Part shown: piece after piece, positions 40,893-51,210 of the stretch
Layout of the letters: each line of letters begins with the position of its first letter
Position numbering within the stretch: the stretch's first letter is position 1
Assembly (NCBI RefSeq): GCF_963921235.1
Contig: NC_086097.1
Span: 35,218,001-35,282,000, forward strand
Length of the DNA: 64,000 bases
From: Mobula hypostoma
Taxonomy: Eukaryota
Direction of reading: 5' to 3'
Position numbers and translations under genes: made by a program
The notes under the pieces: generated by a model
The model's input: only the letters and a program-made list of their open reading frames with translations
Told to the model about the DNA's origin: nothing
The model's database searches: none

Positions 40893-41335
40893 GTCATAGA
40901 ACACTACTGCACAGAAACAGGCATTTCAGCCCATCTAGTCTGTGCCAAACCATTAACTTGCCTAGTCCCATCCACCTGCCCCTGGATCATAACTCTCTCA
41001 TCCATCTATCTATCCAGAGTTCTCGTAAATGTTGATATTGAGCCTTCATTCACCACTTCTGCTTGCTCACACACTCATCACCCTCTGAGTGAAGAAGGCC
41101 TCCCTCATGTTCCCCTTAAACACCTTTTACCTTAACCCCTGACCTTTAGTTCCAGACTCACTCGGCCTCAGAAGAAAATATCTGCTTACTTTTACCCTCT
41201 CTGTATCTCTCATGATTTTGTATATCTCTATCAAATCTCCCCTCATTCTCCTACGCTCCAGGGAATCAAGTCCTAACCTACTCAACCTTTCCCTATAACT
41301 CAGGTCCTCAAATTTTGGCAACAACCTTGTAAATT
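40893..41335 (-). mobile_element. CR1 LINE 3' fragment
   Basis: LSYRERLSRLGLDSLERRRMRGDLIE. Confidence 0.8.
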
Positions 41336-41963
41336 TGAAAAGCTTCCCTTCGTGTCCTTGTATGTGTCCTGCTACACAGGTAGTAGTGAGACAGATTTTT
41401 CTGTGTTGTACTTGGATAAAACCAATTGCCCAAGCAAAGGACGTTGAGGGAACATGAGTGCATTTATAGATCCTGCTGATTTCAGCATCAGCAGATGAGG
41501 AAAAAGATTGGACATCCTGTGCAACCTACTCAGACTCACTCTGACACCTTTCAGCTGAGAAAATTTGCCCATTTCAACTTGGACAAGAAATAACATTGAA
41601 CACCAAGTAAAAAGAAATATTCATCACAATGACAATACATGTCAATAATTGTACCATAAACAACATTTTGGATGCCTGTCAGTGGATCATACTTGCATTT
41701 TCATTATTAATGAACAATGCGAAAACTTAATGCACTTTAGGGAATTATTAAAGTATGGCTCAGAATACAGTGGTTTAGCTCATCATAACTGCATTGACTC
41801 TTTTGGAACTCATCAAATAGTCTCATAAATCCCTGGGCCCATGGGCTTTCTACATAGATTTGTCAAACAAATGTGTGTTTTGCTCTTTCTCTCTCTCCCT
41901 CTCTCTCTCTTTCATTTTGGTATCTTTTACAAAATAACATGATTCAATATCTATTGATTTCAG

Positions 41964-42393
41964 GGTATTAGCAGCCTGTTCAGTTCCCTGAAGGTTGTAC
42001 GTCTTCTGAGACTTGGCAGGGTTGCCAGGAAGCTGGACCATTACCTCGAATATGGCGCGGCTGTGCTGGTACTCCTGGTCTGCGTCTTCGGTTTGGTGGC
42101 TCACTGGCTTGCCTGCATCTGGTACAGTATCGGGGACTATGAAGTCATCGATGAGGTCACCAACAAAATAAAAACAGACAGCTGGCTTTACCAGCTTGGA
42201 CTAAGTATTGGAACACCCTACCATTTTAATGCCAGTGGCACTGGACAGTGGGAAGGGGGACCCACAAAAGATTCACTGTATATATCTTCCCTTTACTTTA
42301 CCATGACAAGCCTTACTACAATAGGATTTGGCAACATTGCTCCTACGACGGATGGAGAGAAGATATTTTCTGTGGCCATGATGATGGTTGGCT
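41964..42393 (+). CDS. KCNH5: KCNH5 internal coding exon, equivalent to exon 7 (S4, S5, pore, start of S6)
   Basis: tttcag acceptor and GGC T|gtgag donor; 430 bp; S4 [14 protein letters not shown] and KCNH selectivity filter TTIGFGN. Confidence 0.97.
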
Positions 42394-43199
42394 GTGAGTA
42401 CATGTATTTTTTTTGTTAAAATGCTATCTAAGATGGATTGAAAATGATTTAATTTAAATTCTACTATTAATTATGTGGTAAGATGTTCTGATGTCATTTT
42501 TGCTAGAGCAATGTATCCCTGTTAGTCAGACTTTCTTGTACTTTTTTGGGTTTTATTGTATTTTTTTCTCCCATAGTTGCTGGAAGTACTAACAGCTAAT
42601 GCCACAGTGGTTTGTCATTGCCTTCTTCTGGACAGTGTCTTTACTGGATGGGTTACTTCAGTCTAAAACCAATAATCTTTGGAGATTGTCTGCCTGGCGT
42701 CAGTAGTCACATAACCAGGACTTGTGATAGGCACCAACTGCTCATGTGACCATCCACCACTGTTCCCATAACATCATGTGACACTGTCTGGCAGCTAAGC
42801 GGGTGCTACACTTTGCCCAAGGGTGACCTTCAGCCCAGCAGAGGGAAGGAGTGCCTTACACCTCCTTTGGTAGAGATGTATCTCCACCCAGCCACCTATG
42901 GCAATGGCAAAGGCAAACCACTTCTGTAGAAAATTTTACCAGGAACATTCGTGGTCACCATGATCGCCTACGTCATACAACATGACACATGATGACGATG
43001 ATGGAGAATAAGAGCAATGCGGTATCTGCAACCTAAGCTGACCAATGGGACATCAGTGTAATTCCTTAACCAATGGGATTGCAGGACTGAGAAATAGTTA
43101 GCTACGAGGAATGTGTATAAGCTAAATTGGAGTGAGAAAGAATGAAATGTAGGAGAAAGAAAAACTGTATTCAGAGAATTAAAAATCGCAACCAAAAGT

Positions 43200-43732
43200 A
43201 ATAAATGTTGGTAAATGCAAGGTCATCCACTGTGGAAGAAAAATAGAAGATTGGATTATTATTTAAATGCTGAAAGGTTGCAGCATGCTGTTGTGTAAAG
43301 GGAGTGGATTTAGGAGTATGGAAGTTACGCAGCAACTGTATAGGGTACTGGTGAGGCCACACCAGGAGTACTGCACGTAGTTCTGGTCTCATGGTGGCTT
43401 CAAGGAGAGGGCAAAGGAGGTTCACTAGGTTGATTCTGGAGATGAGAAATTGAGTTGCCTGGGACTGTACTCATTGGAATTCAGAAGAATGAGAGCAATC
43501 TTACAGAAACATATAAAATTACGAAAGGGATAAATAAGATAGTGACAAGAAACTTTTTCCCACTAGTAAATGAGAGTAGAAGTAAGAGACATAGTCTCAA
43601 GATTTGGGGGGATAGATTTAGGACAGAGATGAAGAGAAACTGGTTTTCCCAGAGAACAGTGAACCTGTGGAATTCTCTGCATAGGGAAGCAGAAGAAATG
43701 ACCTCAATAAATACTTTTAAGACACAGATAGA
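43200..43732 (+). mobile_element. CR1 LINE 3' fragment (old)
   Basis: GDRFRTEMKRNWFSQRTVNLWNSL. Confidence 0.75.
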
Positions 43733-43924
43733 TTTTTCAATTTCAAGTTCAAGTTTATTGTCATTCAAGCATATACATGTTTTCAACTAAACAAAACAAC
43801 GTTCCCCAGGGACCAAGGTGCAAAACACAGTACATATATTACATGCAGCACATAAAATAATATTAACACAATAATATTAACAGATAATTTAAATTATCTG
43901 TAGATGTACCGGTTGACATAAAGT

Positions 43925-45011
43925 GTATATATGGGTGGAGCATTGGCTGGTCAGCAGAAAACAGAGAGTGGGAATGAAGAGATCTTATTCTGGCTGGCTG
44001 CCGGTTACCAGTGGCGTTCCACAGGGGTCGGTGTTGGGACCGCTGCTTTTTACGATGTATGTCATTGATTTGGACTGTGGTATTAATGGATTTGTGGCTA
44101 AACTTGCCAGTGATACAAAGATAGTTTTAGGAGCAGGTAGTGTTGAGGAAACAGAGAGCCTGCAGAGACTTAGATAGTTTAGGGAATGGGCAAAGAAGTG
44201 GCAAATGAAATACAAAGTTGGAAAGTGTATGGTCATGCACTTTGATGGAAGAAATAAACGGGCAGACTATTATTTAGATGGGAAGAGAATTAAAAATGCA
44301 GAGATGCAAAGGGTCTTGGAAGTCCTTGTGCAAGATACTCTAAAGGTTAACCTCCAGGTTGAGTCGGTGGTGAAGAAGGTGAATGCAATGTTGGCATTCA
44401 TTTCTAGAGGTATAGAATATAAGAGCAGGGATGTGATGTTGAGGCTCTATAAAGCACTTGTGAGACCATGCTTGCAGTATTGTGTGCAGTTTTGAGCTCC
44501 TTATTTTAGAAAGGATATACTGACGTTGGAGAGGGTTCAGAGGAGATTCACGAGAATGATTACAGGAATGAAAGAGTTACTGTATGAGGAATGTTTGACA
44601 GCTCTTGGGCTGTATTCCCTGGAGTTCAGGAGAATGAGGGGGGAGCTCATAGAAACATTCCAAATGTTAAAAGGCCTGAACAGATTCATGGTAGAGGATT
44701 CTAGGACAAGAGGGCACAACTTCAAGATTGAAGGACATCCTTTTAGAATTGAGATGCCGAGAAATTACTTTAGTCAGAGGGTGGTAAATCTATGGAATTT
44801 GTTGCCATGAGAGGCTATGGAGGGCAAGTCATAGGGTGTATTTAAGGAAAAGATAGATAGGTTCTTGATTAGCCAGGGCATGAAAGGGTATGGAGAGAAG
44901 GCAGGGGAGTGGGGTTGACTGGAAGAATTGGATCAGCCCATTATTGAATGGTAGGGCAGACCCGATGCGCCAAATGGCCTACACCTGCTCCTATATCTTA
45001 TGGTCTTATGT
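43925..45011 (+). mobile_element. CR1 LINE 3' fragment, same subfamily as 24270-26197
   Basis: SGVPQGSVLGPLLF, ERVQRRFTRMI; TCTTATGG tail. Confidence 0.9.
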
Positions 45012-45434
45012 TCTTATAATATTACTGGTACTGTCATAAATAGTGTGTACTAGGTGGTAGCAGGTTGCTCAGAAGTCTCACAGCCGGGGTAATAAGCTGT
45101 TACCGAGACCTGCAGTTTGCTCTTATGCTGTGGTGTTCTCTGCCTGATGGTAGGAGGTCAAACAGATTGCAGGGTGAATAGGAGGGCTCCTTGACCATGT
45201 TGAGGGTGTGCAAAAACAATGCTTCAGGTATATATCCTGGACTGGGGGAAGAGAGACCCTGATGATTCTCTTAGCAGTCATAGCGGGGGAATTAAGGTTT
45301 ATGGGGGAAAGTGGGGGGGGGGGCGTAGGTGGAGCAGAGTCCATAGCTGAATCAGCCTCAATCTTATTGGATGATGGAGCAGTCTCAATGGACCAGATAA
45401 CTGACTCCTACTCCTAGTTCTTATAGTCTTAACA

Positions 45435-46192
45435 AGGCACCATACTCTACCTTCTTAGAAATGTGCAAAGATTCAGCATGTCCATAAGACAAAGGAGCAG
45501 AAGTCAGCCATTCGGCCCATCGTGTCTGTCTAAAACTTTGACAAACTTCAATAGATGTGTGGCGTAGAGTATACAGACTGGTAGCATTATGGCCTGGTAT
45601 GGAAACACCAATGTCCTTGAATGGAAAAAAGTTGTGGATACAGCCCAGTCCATCGCGGGTAAAGCCCTCCCCACCATTGAGCACATCTACAAGGAGTGCT
45701 GTCACAGAAAAGCAATATCTATCATCAAGTACCTCCACCATCCGAGCCACACTCTCTTAATGCTGCTGCCATCAGAAAGGAGGTGCAGGAGCCTCAGTAA
45801 CCACACCACCAGGTTTAGGAATGGTTATTACCCCTCAGTCATCAGGGTCTTGAATCTAAGGGAATAACTTCATTCAGCCCAACACTGAACTAATTCCACA
45901 ACCTATAGACTCACTTGTAAGGAGTCTACAGCTCTTGTTCTTGATATTTATTTATCTATTTATTTATTTATTTATTATTATTTTGGCTTTTTTCTCTTTT
46001 TTGTCTTTGCACATTTTATTGTCTTTGGCACATTGGTTGTTTGCCCACCTCTGTGTGTGTGATTTTAATTGATCCTGTTGTATTGCTTTGTATTTACTGT
46101 GACTGCCTGCTAAAAGATAAATCTCCGGTTAGTATATGGTGACATATATGTACTTTGATAATAAATTTACTTTGAATTTTGAACTTTGAACT
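45435..46192 (+). mobile_element. Rex1/Babar-type LINE 3' end, containing a ~45-bp CR1 tail insertion
   Basis: AWYGNTN..KKVVDTAQSIAG..IIKYLHHPSH; TTTGAA tail; CR1 tail CCATAAGACAAAGGAGCAGAAGTCAGCCATTCGGCCCATCG at about 45482-45524. Confidence 0.75.
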
Positions 46193-47225
46193 AATTGGTC
46201 ACTTTCCAATTTCCATTTATAACATTTATAACAAAATTACCAGTTACAGATTTAACATTCAGTGGAGAGTTTCACAGCCAATCATTATATGCATACAGTA
46301 ATTTAATTAAAATCAGCAGGCAGTTAACACCTAGATCCTGTTCTTGTGTAGCTGGTGGAGTGGCAATTTGCAGTTCACAAGCTTTCTCTTCCTTACCACT
46401 TTGCGAGCTGATTTGCATTCTACTAAAAGCGTGCGTAACTCACATGTCATTATTTCATCAAATTTTGGGTCATTCTATATTCCTTGCAATTTTAACAAAA
46501 TATTAAATATTCATTTTATTATATTTTCACTAAAACAAATAAGTATGAGGAAATATCCATTATGGTTTGAAGCAATTTTAAATCATTAGTACAATGAACA
46601 TGCGTATTTCCCTTGTTATTATTGTTGGTTGTATAAGAATCAAGGCATATGGAACATTGTAAGCTGTTTAACATATGACCATTGCATTTGCGATCCTAAA
46701 TTACTAAGTGGTAATTGCTTTAATATTTGAAAATTGCATTATTTTTCTTTTGTTGGATTCTTACATCTCCATCAGACTTGGAAATGCAGTTTTCAAACTT
46801 AACATACCATGTAACAATTTTAGCATTTGCCCTGCAGCAGTGCGTCACATAAATGGTCTATTGCCCACAAGTCATTACTCATGAAAGGTCTTGACATTCT
46901 AGCTTCAGAGCTGGAAAATTCTAGTTTAATCTTTTCTACCGATGTCAGCTGAACTGCTGGGTGTTTCCAAGAGTTTCAGTTTTTATTGAAGTATCATTTT
47001 GAAATGAGGAAATATTTTACTGGGGTGATAGAATTGAAGAAAAATTGGTTACATGTGATTTAACTTAGGACCACTCATGTTATCCTGAACCATATCTCTA
47101 ATTTCATCCACAATATCCATTTTATAAGCTGACATATTTTCTGATGTCACTAACAGGGCTGTTCAATAATTGGGCACAATGGCTCCTCCACTTAGAACCT
47201 AGAACAGTGTAACATAGGAGCAAAC

Positions 47226-47734
47226 GCAAGGAAATCTGCAGATGCTGGAAACTCAAGCAACACACACAAAAAATGCTGGGGAATGCAGCAGGCCAGGCAG
47301 CATCTCTAGGAGGAGGTACAGTCGGCGTTTCGGGCTGAGACCCTTCATCAGGACTAACTGAAAAAAGAGATAGCAAGAGATTTGAAAGTGGGGGGAGAGG
47401 ATCATGGGACGGGAGGCCTAGGGAGAAAGAAAGGGGGAGGGGCGAACCCAGAGGATGGGTAAGGAGCTATAGTGAGAGGGACAGAGGGAGGAAAAAGAAA
47501 GGAAAAAAAGGGGGGTGGAAAAAAGGGATAAATAAATAAATAAGGGATGGGGTACGAAGGGAAGGTGGGACATTAACGCAAGTTAGAGAAGTCAACCCTC
47601 CCGCTCCCACTTTCAAATATCTTACTAGCTCTTCCTTCAGTTAGTCCTGACGAAGGGTCTCGGCCCGAAACGTCGACTATACCTCTTCCTAGAGATGCTG
47701 CCTGGCCTGTTGCGTTCACCAGCATTTTTTGTGT
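47226..47734. mobile_element. Penelope-derived inverted-repeat element with TSD
   Basis: Duplication GTGTAACATAGGAGCAAAC at 47207-47225 and 47735-47753, partly microhomology with the element ends; arms about 47255-47398 and 47596-47738. Confidence 0.9.
47642..47679 (+). ncRNA. Minimal type I hammerhead ribozyme motif
   Basis: Stem I TAGTC/GACTA; CTGACGA; A plus stem II GGG-TCTCGG-CCC; GAAAC GTC, predicted cut after 47674. Confidence 0.8.
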
Positions 47735-49784
47735 GTGTAACATAGGAGCAAACCCTTCAACCCGTCATATCTTGCCTCACCATGACTCTCATCCGTCTGC
47801 CAAGTCCTGGGCAACTCGTTCAGCTTACCTTTTGCCTTAGTACACGGTCTCCTCCTATCTGCGCAGTGCAGAGGATGATGATGTAACTGTACTTGCAGCC
47901 ACCTGCAGCTTTGGTCAAGTTCCTTCTGCCAATGCTGATAAGTAGTGATCGGTGGTGGGTACGCTCTGTTGTTTCCCCCCCCCCACCACCATTTTATATT
48001 TCCGTAATGAGCTGTCTGCATTGTCTGCCTCAGCTGGTGTTATCAGGATCGATGCTTCTATCGTGTAAAAAGCTGGAGAGCATGCCAGCATTGTAGCTGG
48101 ATGGCAATTGATCATTTAAGTTAATTCATTGCAGTTGTTACCTGGCTCCTGTGAAAGCTTTGTAAATGATGGCAGAATATCGCATTAATGAATTAAACAA
48201 AAAAACTGGTGTATTTATTTGATTTCTTGCGATATAAATAACAGAAGACAAGGATGTGAAAAGGCCATTCCATGTATCCAGCTCTAGGTCATTATCCGCT
48301 ACATTATTTATTTATGGCTATTTTTTGTTATCTGAGTCTCCTCTATCTGCTGTATGGCAAAAGTTCCTTTGCTGCTTCTGTTGATGTGATAATAACAATT
48401 CTGACATGGATAGTTTAGATTTTGATGACAGCTTCAGTCAACTAGAGCACACTCTCAGGTTGACAAATAACTGAAAAGAGTTTCATTTCAAATTTGCATA
48501 ATGAAATACCCATTATTTGGAAGGCCAGCTGTCCATATACAATAATGGAAAGGTTTCACACCCGCAAAATATGTGATTCAAGTTGTTTTGAGCAGTATTG
48601 ACAAGCTAATTACCCAGTTTAATCCTCTATTTAGGATTTTGGTACATTCATTGCATCATAGAATCATAGACATTTAAAAGACTGAAAGAGGCCATTCAGC
48701 AGATTGTGACCTTACTGGCCAAAAGCAGGCTTTGCGTTAATTCCACTGCAGGGTGCAGAGCTTGTGCAGGTAACAGGCCTTGAAGTGTTTGACCGGGTGA
48801 CAGTTTTTGCCTGTATCTTCATATCCAGCAACGAGTTCCAGACACTCATGCATACTAATTAACGAAGTAAGTCCTTATTGTTTACCTTGTCCAGAATTCC
48901 CATAATGTTATATACCTCAATTAGATCTCCTTTCACACTCAATATTTCCAAGCAAAACAGCCTCAGCCCTCGCAATGAGCAGATGTTGGCAAATATCCTC
49001 TTTTGAACCATATTTATGATCTGATTTCTTCTCTTGGTGTTCGCATCCACAGCACTATCTGATGAATCCTCTGTTTTCGTACCTCCAATGACTGTTTGAC
49101 TTTCCATTTACCCAGCTGGGCTTTGGTCTTTGGATAACATTAATGCTCACATCGTAGATTCTGGTTCTTTATACTCACCAAAGCCAAATGCTTGCAACTT
49201 TCCTGAAGCTCCTTCTTCTCCCTTCCAGTTTAAATCCAAGCCACATTTTGCAGGTTCCTGCTTGATTAACATATCAGAAACCATCTCAGATATTTTGCAT
49301 ACGAACACTATTGTAGTCGGACTAGTGCTTTCATAGCTTTCACACTTCATCTGAACAATATTGTCCTTCCTTGGTACAACCAGATGGACGGAGGTTGGCA
49401 ACAGCACATGTTTGCCCTCTGTTGGGCGATGGTTCATGGCATACAGCATGGAGACAGTTGTGGCATCATCCAGTACCTTTCTTAATTCACTTTCGGATGG
49501 CGTCATTGCAGGGGATATGGCGTACAAATTGTGGATGGATCTCCAATCAAGTTGTTGTTGTTTCAGCCTATTGTGTTTCCACAATGCAGTCCTTCTGGTT
49601 TTCCCACGTACAAGCTCAATGTGGCTTGTTGATTGCTGTGTTTCACATTTACAAGTGGCATTCCCACAGGAGTCATCTTTTCTCCAGTGTAAGTTCTTAG
49701 TCGAATACCTGCAGGCTTTAGTTTAGTATATTTGAAATGCCTCTTCAACTCATTTTGTGGAATGACTGAAACCACTAAGCCAGT

Positions 49785-49818
49785 GTCCTGACGAAGGGTC
49801 TCGGCCTGAAACGTCGAC
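49785..49818 (+). ncRNA. Minimal hammerhead motif with a short (3-bp) stem I
   Basis: GTC-CTGACGA-AGG GTCTCGG CCT-GAAAC GTC-GAC. Confidence 0.7.
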
Positions 49819-49918
49819 TACACCTCTTCCTAGAGATGCTGCCTGGCCTGCTGCGTTCACCAGCAACTTTTATGTGTGTTGCTTGAATTTCCAGCATCTG
49901 CAGAATTCCTGTTGTTTG
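49789..49918 (+). mobile_element. 130-bp Penelope pLTR insertion beginning at the hammerhead core
   Basis: TSD AGCCAGTGTCC at 49778-49788 and 49919-49929; nearly identical to the 31-kb element arm and includes the full 3' terminus. Confidence 0.9.
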
Positions 49919-49959
49919 AGCCAGTGTCCAATTCCATTTTAATGAATTTGTCGTTCACT

Positions 49960-50965
49960 TCAGAATCATAATCAGGTTCATTATCACCAGCACGTGTCGT
50001 GAAAATTGTTAACTTAGTAGCAGCAGTACAATGCAATACATGATAATATACATGATAATATAGAAAGAAAAAATAAATAAGTAAATCAATTCGAGTGTGT
50101 GTATATATATATATATATATATAATTAAAATGGTGTAAAAACAGAAATAATATATATTTTTAAAAGTGAGATAGTATTCATGGTTCAATGTCTATTCAGG
50201 AACTGTATGGTAAGCTGTTCCTGAATGGTTGACTGTGTTCCTTCAGGCTTTGGCACCTTCTACCTGATGGTAACAATAAGAAGAGGGCATGCCCTGGGTG
50301 CTGAGGTCCCTTAATAATGGATGTTGTCTTTCTGAGGCACTGTTCCTTGGAGATGTCTTGTAACTATGGAGGCTTGTACCCAAGATGGAGCTGGAGCTGA
50401 CTAATTTTATGACTTTCTGTAGCTTCTTTCAGTCCTTTGCAGTAGCCCCCCCCCCCACCTGTACAAAGAAGTGATCCAGCCTGTCAAAGTGCTCTCCACG
50501 GTACATCTGTTGAAATTTTCAAGTGTTTTAGTTGGAAAACCAAATCTCTTCAAGCTCTGAATGAAATATAGCCGCTGTCTTGCCTTCTTTATAGATGTTG
50601 GGTCCAGGTTAGATCCTCGGAGATCTTGACACCCAGGAACTTGAAATTGCTCACTCTCTTCACTTCTGATCCCTCTGTGAGGATTGGTTCACGTTCCCAA
50701 GTCTTACCTTTCTTGAAGTCCATCATCAGCTGTTTTGTCTTACTGACAATGAGTGCAAGGTTGCTGCTGTGACACTACTCAACAAGTTGGTTTGTCTCAA
50801 TCCTGTACGCCCTCTCATCTCCAACTGAGATTCTACCAGCAATGGTTGTATCATCAGCAAATTTTTAGATGGTACTTGAGCTATAACTAGCCACACAGTT
50901 ATGGGTATAGAACGAGTAGAGCAATGGGCTAGGAGGAGATATCATCACCAATCCGCACAGATTTG
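49960..50965 (-). mobile_element. Rex1/Babar-type LINE 3' fragment nested in the Gypsy element
   Basis: TCAGAATC tail; GTTGTATCATCAGCAAATTT is the reverse complement of KFADDT; same family as 33708-34162. Confidence 0.75.
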
Positions 50966-50991
50966 GGCGTAAGCCATGTTGCTTGTCTATT

Positions 50992-51210
50992 CACAAACAG
51001 GAGAAAATCTGCAGATGCTGGAAATCCAAGCAACACGCACAAAATGCTGGAGGAACTCACTCGGCCAAACAGCATCTATGGAAAGAGTGTTGTCAACGTT
51101 TTGGGCTGAGACCTGATGAAGGGTCTTGAACTGAAACATCGGCTGTAGGTACTTTTTCCCATAAATGCTGCCTAGCCTGCTGAGTTCTTCCAGCATTTTG
51201 TGTGTGTTGC
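50992..51210. mobile_element. Penelope-derived inverted-repeat mini-element (degenerate hammerhead)
   Basis: TSD TTGCTTGTCTATT at 50979-50991 and 51211-51223; inverted arms meet at about 51112. Confidence 0.85.

Noticed and set aside
47320..47355. Hammerhead copies at 47320 (-), about 18983, 26250, 28630, 28740 and 51113
   Set aside because: Each has mutations in the core, the cleavage triplet or the stems, so none is called as a functional ribozyme.
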